Positions 10,138 through 20,518 are shown, counted from the stretch's first letter. The stretch is 64,000 bases of DNA from an uncultured virus (IMG/VR IMGVR_UViG_2724679462_000001) (IMGVR_UViG_2724679462_000001); one strand, 5' to 3'. Numbers and translations: made by a program. Notes: a model not told the origin generated them from the letters alone.

Positions 10138-10671
10138 TTAGATCTGGTACCAGAGGTCACCATTGTTCCCGCCACTCGGTGCCGACGAAGAAATGGTCAT
10201 TTTGGGAATCGAGTTCGCCGAGCTACTCGCCGCAGCGGCACTGGCGGCGGCCGCCGTCGCCGAAGTACTGGCATTGGTGGCACTATTGCCGGCACTGGTT
10301 GAAGCAGACGCGGCCGTGGTCGCGCTACCCGAGGCAGCGGTCGCCGAACTCTGCGCCGCATTCGCATATGTCTGGGCATTCGCCGCGTTGGCCGACGAGG
10401 CGTTTGCGTTCAGCGTGGCAGTGCTCGCAGATGCACTGGCGGATGTGGAGGAGTTACTAGCCGCCGTCGCGCTGTTCGCGGCATTGGTAGCGCTGCTTGC
10501 AGCTGCATCCGCGCTCGTGGCGGCCGCCGCCGCAGACGCTGCGGCATTACTCGCTTGTGCCTGGGCGTCCAGATCGTCGGCCGCGATCGAATGAATGCCC
10601 GTAGCCATGCCACTGATTTCATTAGCGAGCGCCGTGACTTGCGATGCGATTTGTTGCTGAGGATTGGTCAC
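10138..10671 (-). CDS. Short Ala/Ser-rich fibre stalk
   Basis: N-terminus related to 5929 and 15929 proteins; ends SSSAPSGGNNGDLWYQI. Confidence 0.75.
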   Translation of the reverse strand: MTNPQQQIASQVTALANEISGMATGIHSIAADDLDAQAQASNAAASAAAAATSADAAASSATNAANSATAASNSSTSASASASTATLNANASSANAANAQTYANAAQSSATAASGSATTAASASTSAGNSATNASTSATAAAASAAAASSSANSIPKMTISSSAPSGGNNGDLWYQI

Positions 10672-10791
10672 AGCCCACTCCTTTCGTGGAAGAGAGAGAG
10701 ATTTAGAGACCCGTCATTGAATTTGCCGGATCATTAAAGACGAACGCGGACCCTCTACCGATCCAAACATCGGTATGGAGTCCATGCCGTT

Positions 10792-13335
10792 CTATTTCTG
10801 ATTCGCCTGCAACTGAGCGATGAGAAGGGCCTGTGCATCAAGCTTGTTGCTCAAGTCCTGAACCGTCGCCATTAGTTGGAGGATTGCATTCGACGCGCGC
10901 ATGGCTGAGTCGGATGCCGCCATCGCGCTGGCCGCTGCATCTGTTGCACTGGCGCTGGCTTCGTTGGCGTAATGGAGGGCCGAGTAATTGCTCGTGCCGT
11001 TGACCGGCCCCATGGCTTGTGAGGCCCAGGCCTGTGCCAGCAAGGCGGACGCACTCGCTACGCTGGCTTGTGATCTGGCATCCGTCTCTGCGACTCGTGC
11101 TTGGGTTGCGTAGTAATAGGCCGAGTAGTAGCTCGTCCCATCGACCACACCCGATCCTTGACTTGCCCATGCCTGGGCGAGGGCAGCCCTGGTCGTAGCA
11201 TTGGCCGCCGACGCAGACGCTGCCGTCTCGCTGGTCGCGGCACTCCCTGCACTCGCCGCAGCCGCGAGCGCCGAAGCCGAGGATTTGCTTGCCTCGGTCG
11301 TGGCCGTCGAAGCACTGTTACTTGCATCGATCGATGACGCGCCAGCCGCCGCTGCACTATTACCTGCGCTGATCGCCGATCGGCTGGAATTGGCAGACGC
11401 GGTCTGCGCCTGCGTTGCCGAGGTCGCGGCTGCGCTTACACTCCCGGACGCACTCGACGCCAATGCGGCCGCTTGCATCGCGGCCAGTTGCGCGTTCGAC
11501 GACGCCATCAAGGCGCTCCCATCTTGCGCAACCCATCCGCCGCTACTGTCGTACACCATCAGCACCGGTGGAGTCTGGGACGTATCCTCATACTCCGCCC
11601 CAGTTAGGAGGACGTCTCCATTTCCGTCGACCGTCGGTGGTGTGCTATGAGCACCCAGCCACAAGGCATTAAAGGAATGCAGCGCCGCCTGAATCGTCGT
11701 TGCGTACGTCGCAGCTTCCGAGGCACTGGTCGCGGCATCGGCAGCACTCGCCTGCGCATCCGACGCTTGTCTCTGCGCGTCGTCATCCGATGCCGCGGCT
11801 TGTTGAGCGTAGTAATACGCAGAACAGTAAGCTGTCCCGCCAACCGTCCCCGTCAACTGTGCGGCCCAGGCTTGAGCCAAAGCCGCATTCGTCGCCACTA
11901 CAACGGCCCGGCCCGTTACTATCGTCGCTGCCGTCTGTGCTTGAGTTGCAGAGTTTGCTGCATTCGCAGCATAGTACTTAGCCGAATAATCCTGACCATT
12001 CACCAGCCCCGATGTCTGGCTCGCCCACTCTTGAGCGAGCGTTGCGGCCGACTCCGCACTTACAGCCGAGGTATCAGCCTCCGTAGCGGATGCAGCGGCG
12101 TTCGTTGCCTGGGTTTGAGCATTAGCATTCGAGTCAGCAGCCTGTTGAGCGTAATGCTTCGCACCATAGTTGGTGCCATCCACCGTGCTGCTGGTTTGCG
12201 TCGCCCACGCCTGCGCCGTCGCAGCACTGCTGTCCGCCTGCAACGCTGAGACTGCAGCATCGTTGGCTGAGACACCCGCCGCGCCCGCCGCTGTATTCGA
12301 CGAACTGGCTGAAGCTGCAGCATTGACTTTCGAACTGGCCGCGGCCGAAGCCGCATTCGCCGCATTTGTTTCGCTCGTGTGAGCCGCCGCCGCACTATCC
12401 GCCGCACTTTCTGCACTCACCCCAATTGCACTAGCACTCGCCGCGGCACTGGTGGCATGGGTCTCCGCCTGAGTGACGCTGATAGCGGCGCTGTCAGCAG
12501 AGGCACCCGCCGCGGCCGCAGACAGCGCAGCCGATCCTGCTGAAGCCTCGGCTGCGTTAGCGCTTGTGGTCGCTCGAGCGGCACTATATGCCGCCGAGAA
12601 ATTCGTACCGTCCACCGTACCATCCGCTTGCGACGCCCACGCCTGAGCGCTTACAGCGGCGTCCGAAGCCTTGTGAGCAGCGGCCACAGCCGATGTCTCA
12701 GCGCTGGCTGCATCGTGCGCTGAGATATTCGCTGCCGAGGCTGAACTTGACGCCGATGAAGCCGCCGCGGCGGCGCCGAACGCAGAGGTGCTGGCAGCTG
12801 CCGCACTGCTAGCGGCGTTACCGGCCGACATCGAGGCATTCGTAGCGGAAGTCCCGGCCTGGGTAGCAGCGAGCAGTGCAGATCGCGACGCAAGCTCACC
12901 GTCGGGATCTTGATCCTGCCAGGCACCACCTACATACACGCGTACTTGCTGCGGATCCGATGTGGTGTTTAGATACTGCGCCCCGTCGACCAGCGCCTGG
13001 TCGTTGCCGTCCGCAATCGGATCCGTGGGAAACTCGCCCAGCCACAATCGCTTAAACGAGCTGAGCTGGCCTTGCAACTGTGCGGCCACACTGTTCGCCC
13101 GGGTGAGGGTAGTTTGGACTGTCGCCAGAGTTGCGTTCGCATCGCTAATCGAAGCGGTAGCCGTATCGACAGCGTTCGTCGCTTTAATGGCAGCTGAACT
13201 GGCCGTTGTTGCATTCGACGAAGCGCCGATCGCAGCAGTCGCAGCTGTTAGTGCCGAGTTTGCTGCATCGATCGCTGCGTTTTGGGCTACTGTAGCGCTC
13301 GCAGACGCAGCGGCCGCATCGTCTTGAGTGGTCAT
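10792..13335 (-). CDS. Long Ala/Ser-rich fibre stalk, paralog of 5929..9279
   Basis: 847 aa; same two WLG domains and AQAWASQ repeats; ends in short coiled coil. Confidence 0.8.
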   Translation of the reverse strand: MTTQDDAAAASASATVAQNAAIDAANSALTAATAAIGASSNATTASSAAIKATNAVDTATASISDANATLATVQTTLTRANSVAAQLQGQLSSFKRLWLGEFPTDPIADGNDQALVDGAQYLNTTSDPQQVRVYVGGAWQDQDPDGELASRSALLAATQAGTSATNASMSAGNAASSAAAASTSAFGAAAAASSASSSASAANISAHDAASAETSAVAAAHKASDAAVSAQAWASQADGTVDGTNFSAAYSAARATTSANAAEASAGSAALSAAAAGASADSAAISVTQAETHATSAAASASAIGVSAESAADSAAAAHTSETNAANAASAAASSKVNAAASASSSNTAAGAAGVSANDAAVSALQADSSAATAQAWATQTSSTVDGTNYGAKHYAQQAADSNANAQTQATNAAASATEADTSAVSAESAATLAQEWASQTSGLVNGQDYSAKYYAANAANSATQAQTAATIVTGRAVVVATNAALAQAWAAQLTGTVGGTAYCSAYYYAQQAAASDDDAQRQASDAQASAADAATSASEAATYATTIQAALHSFNALWLGAHSTPPTVDGNGDVLLTGAEYEDTSQTPPVLMVYDSSGGWVAQDGSALMASSNAQLAAMQAAALASSASGSVSAAATSATQAQTASANSSRSAISAGNSAAAAGASSIDASNSASTATTEASKSSASALAAAASAGSAATSETAASASAANATTRAALAQAWASQGSGVVDGTSYYSAYYYATQARVAETDARSQASVASASALLAQAWASQAMGPVNGTSNYSALHYANEASASATDAAASAMAASDSAMRASNAILQLMATVQDLSNKLDAQALLIAQLQANQK

Positions 13336-13439
13336 CCTGAATTCCTATCCGAAATCAATCGTAAAGACGGTCATAAAATGCCCGTTCAGATAGGAGAGGG
13401 AATAAGGGCTACCCAGTCCGAAGACCAGGTAGCCGTCGC

Positions 13440-13880
13440 TTAGCGCGCGAATTGCGCGCAGAAACTCATGAAGTCGTACATGCCGTTGGGGTCAACACGC
13501 CATGCACCTTTGACGCCCAACGAGCGAAGACAAGCTCGCGAGCAGAAGAACTTCTTGCGGATGAAGAACGTGACCGGACGCAAGATGAAACCAAGCAGGC
13601 CCACGTAGTCATACGACTCACCGGCGTGAGCTACGAACCATGCTCGGACCTGAGACACGTCGCCGGGTACCGTCAAGAAGTCCCAGTCACTGTCGGGCAA
13701 TGACTGGTTTTCAGCGATTCGCACGCCGACACCGGGCTTTGCCGAGGCGATGGTGTATGTGCCGTCGTCGTTTTCCTGAAGGATCATCTCGCAGTGTGCA
13801 TATCGACCTATCTCCCACCAACGAATGACCTTGTCCAGAAACGAGCCAGAGCCTTTATAGAAAGCGATTTTTACGGCCAT
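13440..13880 (-). CDS. Permuted papain-like (YiiX/YebB-type NlpC/P60) protein
   Basis: His (YAHCE) before YDYVG and Cys (FFCS), the permuted catalytic order. Confidence 0.6.
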   Translation of the reverse strand: MAVKIAFYKGSGSFLDKVIRWWEIGRYAHCEMILQENDDGTYTIASAKPGVGVRIAENQSLPDSDWDFLTVPGDVSQVRAWFVAHAGESYDYVGLLGFILRPVTFFIRKKFFCSRACLRSLGVKGAWRVDPNGMYDFMSFCAQFAR

Positions 13881-14590
13881 TCGATAGCCTCCACTGCAGC
13901 GACGGAAAGTGCTGCCAAGATTTTCTGTGCGAGATACTGGTTCTCGCCCATCAGCGAGAGAACCGCTTTTTTGGCATCCTTGCCGACCCGGAAGATCTGT
14001 ATTGAGCTGTGGTCACGGAACGCCCAGGCCGGAGGATTGGTTGTGGTGTCTGCACACCAGAAGGGGGTTGACCAGAGCACCCATTGTGCGGACCCGTCGA
14101 GAACGGGCGCATCAGGCACGGTCGGCCAGTTAGGCGGGGTGCCAGAGGTGGTCCCATCTGCCGTCACCACGTAAAGCTGCTTGTTCGCCACCACGTACTG
14201 ATCGGCAACGACCGCGGTGTTAGGCGTCCATGCGTCTGCCAGTAGATAGCCCAGCACCGCATCCATCAGGGACGAGAGCAGGTTCATCTGGTCAGTGGTC
14301 TTGGCTGGATACAAATACGCCTGGCCCATCGCCGTCGACGGAAAGCCCGTATAGATCAAATCAGCGCATTCGCCCGATAGCTTCGCAATTTGCGTCGACT
14401 GCGCGATCTGCAACGCGCTCGCATCCGAAATCGCTTCAATCGAGAAGGGCGTCGTCGAGTAGTTGATGATGTATTGATCAGGCTTCTGGTATTGCTCTTC
14501 CGTACAGATCACGGCCCCGGGCGGAATGGTGCCGTCAGGTGACAGCCCGACTCCACCATCTGGGGTGAAGAAATAGGTGAGTGTCATCAC
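13871..14590 (-). CDS. Tail fibre assembly chaperone-like (DUF4376-type) with CBM5/12-like insertion
   Basis: Follows fibre gene; YPAKTTDQMNL and terminal VEAIEWP; inserted WTPNTAV...YVV..DGTTSGTPPNW segment. Confidence 0.55.
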   Translation of the reverse strand: MMTLTYFFTPDGGVGLSPDGTIPPGAVICTEEQYQKPDQYIINYSTTPFSIEAISDASALQIAQSTQIAKLSGECADLIYTGFPSTAMGQAYLYPAKTTDQMNLLSSLMDAVLGYLLADAWTPNTAVVADQYVVANKQLYVVTADGTTSGTPPNWPTVPDAPVLDGSAQWVLWSTPFWCADTTTNPPAWAFRDHSSIQIFRVGKDAKKAVLSLMGENQYLAQKILAALSVAAVEAIEWP

Positions 14591-14597
14591 GACATCC

Positions 14598-15917
14598 TTA
14601 GTTGGGCAAGAAGATGAACAGCGACGCGAGCTGACTGCTGCTGGTTCCGGAGGGCGCGGTTTGTGTCAGCGTGAGCGTCACCGGCACGCCGGCCGTCACT
14701 GAAAACTGTCCGGAGGTGTTAGCTAGGTACTGGCCTGCGACGTTGCTCTGCGCAGCGATGGCGGTTGCGCCGTCGATAGTGGTGAATTCCTGGGATAGGG
14801 CGCCGGTGGTGTAGCCATAAGCGCCGCCTTGGGCAATGACAGCCACCTTGCCGCTGACAGTCGGAGTAAAGCTGAAGGTTGTGGAGACCGTGAGTGAGCT
14901 GGTGCTTGCTGCCGTCACGAGCTGTGACAGGAAGCCCGCAATCGGAGCCCCGCCGATATTGCTCAGCGCAGTGACGTCGTTCGCCAGGTCGCTCAGGTTA
15001 TTACTCGCCTTCAGCAATCCCGACTGGATCTCGCCTGTCAGCGTTGAGAGCGTGGTCGAGTAAAGAAGACCTCCGCGCGCCACACCCAAGAGATCACCGC
15101 TCTTCAACGCTCCCGCGTCGGTCTCGATACCACCCACAAATGCATTCACCGTGGAGGCAGATGCCGTTGCGGATTTGGCTGCATTGATGGCCGTCGTCGC
15201 GCTGTCGTTGGCAGCACTGGCACTGTTACTGGCGTTCGTCGCATACCGACTCGCGCTGTTCATGTACGTCTGCGCATTGGCTGCGTAGCTCGACGCCTGA
15301 ATCGCGTAGTACTTCGCTGAGTAGTCAGTGCCGGAGACCTTGCCTGTCGTCTGACTCGCCCATGCTTGCGCCCCCGCAATGACGGCGCTCCCCGTCGCCA
15401 CCACGGCCTGCGCCTGAGTAACCGACGAGGCGGCCTGGACAGCCGATGCCGCAGCGTTATCGGCAGAGGCAGAGGCAGCACCGGCGAACCCTGCTGCGCT
15501 TGCCTGGGCCGTCGCCGCTTGGGTGGCGCTCTCAGCCGCTTGCACTGCTGCGAGCTTCGCGCTGCTCGACGTTCCAGTATCGACGATCCAGCCGTCCACG
15601 GTATAGACCATCAGCACAGCGGGCGACTGGCTCGTATCCTCGTACTCGGCGCCGAGTTGCAACACGTCGCCGTTGTTGTCTGAGGTAGGAGGAGTGTTGT
15701 GCCCCCCGAGCCAGTACTTGTTGAGCGAGGCAATCGACGACTGGAGCGTGCTCGCTACACTGGTTGCGGTCGCAGCCGCATTGCTTGCGGTCGCAGCGCT
15801 GTGATTGGCGCTGGTCGACGCGCTCGTCGCGCTCTGGGCCGATGCCGCGGCGAGACTTGCTGAAGCAGCAGCAGAGGCGGCCGCCGCCTGGGCAACCGTA
15901 TCAACTTGATCCGTCAT
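14598..15917 (-). CDS. Ala/Ser-rich fibre protein with NNLSDL motif and C-terminal beta domain
   Basis: Start MTDQVDT (GAGAGGA RBS); one WLG domain; LLKASNNLSDLA tail-fibre motif. Confidence 0.75.
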   Translation of the reverse strand: MTDQVDTVAQAAAASAAASASLAAASAQSATSASTSANHSAATASNAAATATSVASTLQSSIASLNKYWLGGHNTPPTSDNNGDVLQLGAEYEDTSQSPAVLMVYTVDGWIVDTGTSSSAKLAAVQAAESATQAATAQASAAGFAGAASASADNAAASAVQAASSVTQAQAVVATGSAVIAGAQAWASQTTGKVSGTDYSAKYYAIQASSYAANAQTYMNSASRYATNASNSASAANDSATTAINAAKSATASASTVNAFVGGIETDAGALKSGDLLGVARGGLLYSTTLSTLTGEIQSGLLKASNNLSDLANDVTALSNIGGAPIAGFLSQLVTAASTSSLTVSTTFSFTPTVSGKVAVIAQGGAYGYTTGALSQEFTTIDGATAIAAQSNVAGQYLANTSGQFSVTAGVPVTLTLTQTAPSGTSSSQLASLFIFLPN

Positions 15918-15928
15918 GATCGGTCCTC

Positions 15929-16633
15929 TCAGGCTGGAATGAAGAACCCGCCGACGCGCATCGTGAGTGCGATCTGGGGATCGGTTGTCGTGGTAAGCAG
16001 AAGCTCGATGTCGCAAGCCTGTCCCGCTGCGAGGGCGACAACGCCCATGTGGTGCTGCGAGACGTTGGTTGTATCGCCGGACACTGATGCACCGTTGACG
16101 TACAGGTTGACGTTGATCCCGGCCTGGGCGATGTTGCTGTAGTTGACCGCGCCGAACGCAAAGACATGTCCGGCCACTGGCGCGGTAAAATTCGCGTCGA
16201 TCCGCAGCGTCCCGTTCGCCCCTGGAACCGCTCCTTGTCCGCCATTGGTTTCAACCGGGGAAATGAAGCGTCCACTCATCGCACTTAACGAGTTCTGAGC
16301 CTGCGTGGCGCTGGAGGCGGCCGATGAAGCACTGCTCTGCGCCTGCTGTGCGTAGGTGTTCGCGTCGAGTGCCGAGGCATTCGCGTCGCTCGCCTTCGTG
16401 CTCGCTGTCGCGGCGGAGTTTGCTGCGTTTGTGGCGGACGTCTGTGCCGCCGTGGCAGCACTACTGGCCGTGGTGGCAGAAGCACTCGCACTGGTCGCTG
16501 CAGAAGACGCAGTAGCCGCATCTGTGTCAGCTTCTTGCACGTCTTGGCCGATGTCCGAAAACGCCGGTGCCATCCCGCTGATCTTGGCTGCCAGCTCGGC
16601 TGTAGCGGCACTGAGTTGATCGGCAATACTCAT
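15929..16633 (-). CDS. Short Ala/Ser-rich fibre protein with C-terminal beta domain
   Basis: Start MSIADQL (AGGAG RBS); N-terminus homologous to 5929 protein; C-domain resembles that of 14598 protein. Confidence 0.75.
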   Translation of the reverse strand: MSIADQLSAATAELAAKISGMAPAFSDIGQDVQEADTDAATASSAATSASASATTASSAATAAQTSATNAANSAATASTKASDANASALDANTYAQQAQSSASSAASSATQAQNSLSAMSGRFISPVETNGGQGAVPGANGTLRIDANFTAPVAGHVFAFGAVNYSNIAQAGINVNLYVNGASVSGDTTNVSQHHMGVVALAAGQACDIELLLTTTTDPQIALTMRVGGFFIPA

Positions 16634-16687
16634 AGTGCTCCTAATCGTTGAAGTCAAGTCATAACATGCCAAAGGAAATGAGTTGAC

Positions 16688-16732
16688 GGCATAAGCGCCA
16701 GAGGGGACAGATGGCTCCCTCTGGCTTATGGC
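16688..16732. terminator. CATA...TATG-closed intergenic hairpin
   Basis: GGCATAAGCGCCAGAGGG...CCCTCTGGCTTATGGC. Confidence 0.7.
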
Positions 16733-16771
16733 GGCGATCGAGTACCGGCACCAGGCTACTATCCGGCTATA

Positions 16772-17002
16772 TCAACTGCGTGCCTGGACGACCAAAGCCG
16801 TCACCAAACGACGGCGTCCAAGTAATTGCGCGTCGCCGATGATCTCCGCATACACCTTGAGACCGCCGGCCTGGTACGGAAAATAGCCATACGGGGTGAG
16901 CGTCTCCGCATACACTTTCCGAGTCGCCGCGCTGTATGTGAGCGACGATGCAGCGATGGTCTCGGCATAGCTTTTCGTGACGACTGTGGAATCCGTAGCC
17001 AT
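16772..17002 (-). CDS. Small 19-aa repeat protein (76 aa)
   Basis: Start MATDST overlaps upstream stop (TAATG); 3x KxYAE repeats. Confidence 0.65.
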   Translation of the reverse strand: MATDSTVVTKSYAETIAASSLTYSAATRKVYAETLTPYGYFPYQAGGLKVYAEIIGDAQLLGRRRLVTALVVQARS

Positions 17003-18102
17003 TAAGCTGACTCCATGCCGACCTGCATGCTGGCGACCGTGGCAGTCGTCCACGCAGCTCCGCTACTATCCGCATAAAAGGGTGTCTGGCTGCTAGTCGG
17101 TGTGGCCGTGAGCTGCTGCGCCGCCGTCGTCACCACTGTGCCTTTGGATTGCAACGCACCCTGCAGCTTACGAAGGCCATTGCCGGGGTTATTGGCATAG
17201 GTATTCACCACCACGGCATCGATTTGCCCCGGCGTGGCGCCATTTAGACCGGTCGTCTGGTAGAGATCCAGCTGACCCGCCGCCGTTGCCGTCAGTGTTC
17301 CGGTCCCTGAGTACGCCTGTGCCGCCACTGCGTAGTTCTGTCCGGCGCTCGGCGTGAACTGGCCGCTGGCGCCGGCGCCGTTGGGCGTGCCCGTATAGAT
17401 GCGCTTCGGACCAAGCGGAAAGGTATTGAACGAAGAACCCGTGTTGTCCCAGACGATAAAATCATCAACCCAGTTCGTCACGGTAAAGGTGCCGTTGCTC
17501 GATGCATCTCCGAAACCTACGTGACCCGTCGGTGTCCCGCTACTCACCGTTTTTATGCCGGTCAGATGCAGATCGACCACTCCATCGACGATTACCGTGA
17601 TCGAGCCATTCATCGTCGAGGTTAAGACAACCTGGATTTCGATCCAGTGGTACACGCCGTCGCAGATATTGATGCTACCGGTCGTCGCCGCGGGGGTACT
17701 GCTACCGAACGGGTAGAACACCAGCTTGCCGGCTGGATTCAGTCCAATGATCAAGTAGGAACTCGAGCTCCCCAAAGTGGCGAGGTCATACCCGAGCATC
17801 AGAAGTCCGCCGGTGTTGGTGGTCGACACCGGGGCCACGCTGGGCATCCCATTCTGTTTCCAGTACTCGCCGACGTTCAGGGTGTAGCCGTCCGCGTACG
17901 TAAAGAGATTGGTCTTGAACATGCCGCCGTTCCCGTTGGTCGGTCCGACCATGACGGCACCACCACCGTAGGCGCCAGCTGCAGGAGCAAAAGTGATGAT
18001 GGCACTGATTGTCCCGGTGCCCGTGCCGCCCTGCCATCCCTTCGCGCTCAGCTCCGAGGTTTTTGTGTACGCGTCGAAGCCGTCGCAAAAAAGCAATGCC
18101 AT
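17002..18102 (-). CDS. Lectin-like (ConA/LamG-type) tip protein
   Basis: MALLFCDGFD start; HWIEIQV...ITVIVDG...WVDDFIVWD; GGAGG RBS. Confidence 0.7.
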   Translation of the reverse strand: MALLFCDGFDAYTKTSELSAKGWQGGTGTGTISAIITFAPAAGAYGGGAVMVGPTNGNGGMFKTNLFTYADGYTLNVGEYWKQNGMPSVAPVSTTNTGGLLMLGYDLATLGSSSSYLIIGLNPAGKLVFYPFGSSTPAATTGSINICDGVYHWIEIQVVLTSTMNGSITVIVDGVVDLHLTGIKTVSSGTPTGHVGFGDASSNGTFTVTNWVDDFIVWDNTGSSFNTFPLGPKRIYTGTPNGAGASGQFTPSAGQNYAVAAQAYSGTGTLTATAAGQLDLYQTTGLNGATPGQIDAVVVNTYANNPGNGLRKLQGALQSKGTVVTTAAQQLTATPTSSQTPFYADSSGAAWTTATVASMQVGMESA

Positions 18103-18116
18103 ATTCCCTCCGTTTT

Positions 18117-19229
18117 TTAGATTTGACCGACGAATGTCAGCGCGATGTCAGCAAGCTTCGCGTCCGCCGTCCCCGGAGTCATTTCGAGGACGTCCCCAGC
18201 GGCAAAACTCACGGCAGTTGCAAAGGCAATCGTTGGTGTCTTGGCGTTAGCGGCCCACGTGAGGGTTCCAATCGCGGTCGACGTCCCGCCGGAGACCTTG
18301 TAGAGCGTCAGTGTGCAGATAGCGGCGGCGGCGGTTTTCGCATCGGCAACCGTTCCGGCAAGGCCAGCCGGTAGCGTCATTGCGATCGCCACCTTATGCC
18401 GAACAACTTCCCCAGCCGTGAGCGTGCCCTGGAGATCAATCGCGATGAGGTACTTCAGGGCGACGGCATTGATGCTGGTCAGTGCACTGGCCGCCGCGGT
18501 CGCAGAAGCGGCGGCTGCGGTCGCAGAACTGGACGCACCATTCGCACTGTTCAGCGCGGTGACGGCTGAGCTGGCGGATGACACAGACGACGCCGCGGCC
18601 GCTTGTGAATAGTTCTTGGCTTGGGTCGCGTAGTACGTAGCCGAGAAGCTGGTCCCGTCGACCGTTCCTGCCGCCTGCGATGCCCAGGCTTGCGCGAGTA
18701 CTGCGCTGTCGGAGGCCGACTGGGAAAAAGTTTCTGACGAACTTACGCTGCCCGACATGGAGCTCGCAGAGGCCGCAGCCTGAGTAGCGCTAGTGGCTGC
18801 TGCGGCTGCACTGGCGGCGGCCTGGGTTGCGGAGAGGGTCGCGCTCTGCGACGCTGCAGAAGTCGACCCATCGGTCGGCTGCCAGGCAGTTCCCGAATAG
18901 ATCATTAGGACCGGCGGCGTCTGGCTCGTATCTTGATACTCCGCCCCGGCTTGCAGGGGGTCACTGTTGCCATCCACCGTCGGCGGTGTGCTATGAGACC
19001 CCAGCCATCGGCTGTTAAGACTCGCGAGAGCTGCGTTCACTGCGTCGACTGCGCTCGCGGCGTTCGCTACGGCGCTGGTCGCGGCGCTCGCGCTGCTCGC
19101 CGCATCCTTCGAGGACTGGGAAGCCAAAGCGACATAGGCAGAAGCGGCGACCGCAGACTTCGCCGCCCAAGAGGCCGCAGCGCCGGCTTCTGCGACATCG
19201 GCGGCGATGCTTGGATCCGTACTCGACAT
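18117..19229 (-). CDS. Ala/Ser-rich fibre stalk with C-terminal beta domain
   Basis: One WLG domain; C-terminal FAAGDVLEM domain similar to that of 5929 protein; GGGGAG RBS. Confidence 0.8.
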   Translation of the reverse strand: MSSTDPSIAADVAEAGAAASWAAKSAVAASAYVALASQSSKDAASSASAATSAVANAASAVDAVNAALASLNSRWLGSHSTPPTVDGNSDPLQAGAEYQDTSQTPPVLMIYSGTAWQPTDGSTSAASQSATLSATQAAASAAAAATSATQAAASASSMSGSVSSSETFSQSASDSAVLAQAWASQAAGTVDGTSFSATYYATQAKNYSQAAAASSVSSASSAVTALNSANGASSSATAAAASATAAASALTSINAVALKYLIAIDLQGTLTAGEVVRHKVAIAMTLPAGLAGTVADAKTAAAAICTLTLYKVSGGTSTAIGTLTWAANAKTPTIAFATAVSFAAGDVLEMTPGTADAKLADIALTFVGQI

Positions 19230-19386
19230 GCTTACTCCCCCAATTTTTGGTGCCTGACAAAGACGTCATACGATGCAAACCAAAAAACGAGGGGCGGCAT
19301 AACGCCCAGGACCTGTCGGGCCCTGGGCCTATTAGCGGCTCCGGGATTGGTCGGGTCGCGGCCCGTGGTGATACGATTGGTGCGTC

Positions 19387-19459
<73 letters not shown>

Positions 19460-19764
19460 AGGTATTCGAACTACGCTTCGACTTCGCGGCAGGTCCACAG
19501 GACAAATTGTGGCTCTTGGAATCAACGCGCCTCGTCGACGAACACGACTTATCTATTTATATAGTCTTTCAGCGCCGATCTAAACGAAACCATTAAGCGA
19601 CAATCGAAAATTTTCGCTTCCGAAATAAACTTCTGCGATTGTGGTGTTTCTTCTGGTGTTTATCGAGATCGCGCCTATGCTTCTAATTGGCGATCAAGCC
19701 TCCAAATTCAGCCCTTTCAGGAGATCGCGAAGCTGCGTACGGTCTATCCCTTAAGGAGGCTATT

Positions 19765-20454
19765 ATGCGCCATTCCTTGCCTTACTTGCGTGCCGTCTTT
19801 AATAAGCCCTACGCCCGAACTGCATTCGCTGCGCTGGTCGTTTTCGGATCAATCGTGAGCGCGAATGCGACGACGAACAGCGAAACGGCAATGATCGGTG
19901 TTAGCGGCACGGCGACGGGTTCTTCTTTCGATGGTTGCATATCCACGGACGTGTATCTACAGGTCTCCGCGCTAGGGTCCAGGAACCTAAATCAAAACGC
20001 GAGCAACGTTGCATCTGTAACTATTATCCGCTTTGATTCCTGTCAAAGCGTCACTCTCGTCGCGTTTGGTGACGCGCAAGACATAAATCTGTCTGGCGTC
20101 AAGGCCAGTCAATTGCCCACGTCTATCGCGGCATCGGGTCGGATCCCTCTATCCGGATCTGTGTATGACGCTATGGGTAACGCCACGCCCTACTCGGATG
20201 CTTTAACATTCCAATTGGCGCTGAAACTGATTGGGCCGCACACGGATATTAGTCAAAGTACTCGCAGCAGCATTTTGAGTGCCGCCTCGCCCAGCACGAC
20301 TTTAGTCACTATCGACCGTCGTATTGATGGAACCAAAGGCGACGCCGCCGTCACGTCATCTCTGCTGTTCACTAGTACCTTTTCGATACCGCCTTTATCG
20401 GTTGGATTTATGTCCAATGATAAATCTCGGTCTTCCGTAAGGATTACGCACTGA
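19765..20454 (+). CDS. Secreted beta-rich hypothetical protein
   Basis: AAGGAGG RBS; signal peptide ...TAFAALVVFGSIVSANA-T; opposite strand to flanking protein genes and visibly AT-richer codons. Confidence 0.7.
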   Translation: MRHSLPYLRAVFNKPYARTAFAALVVFGSIVSANATTNSETAMIGVSGTATGSSFDGCISTDVYLQVSALGSRNLNQNASNVASVTIIRFDSCQSVTLVAFGDAQDINLSGVKASQLPTSIAASGRIPLSGSVYDAMGNATPYSDALTFQLALKLIGPHTDISQSTRSSILSAASPSTTLVTIDRRIDGTKGDAAVTSSLLFTSTFSIPPLSVGFMSNDKSRSSVRITH

Positions 20455-20518
20455 GAATTTGCCACAGTTCAATCGTTGGCCTCGCTTGAGTACACCAAAA
20501 TGTACTTCAAGCTTACGA

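Noticed and set aside
1696..19229. Diversity-generating retroelement or invertible shufflon
   Set aside because: No reverse transcriptase, invertase, near-identical template/variable repeat pair or inverted cassette seen in the window
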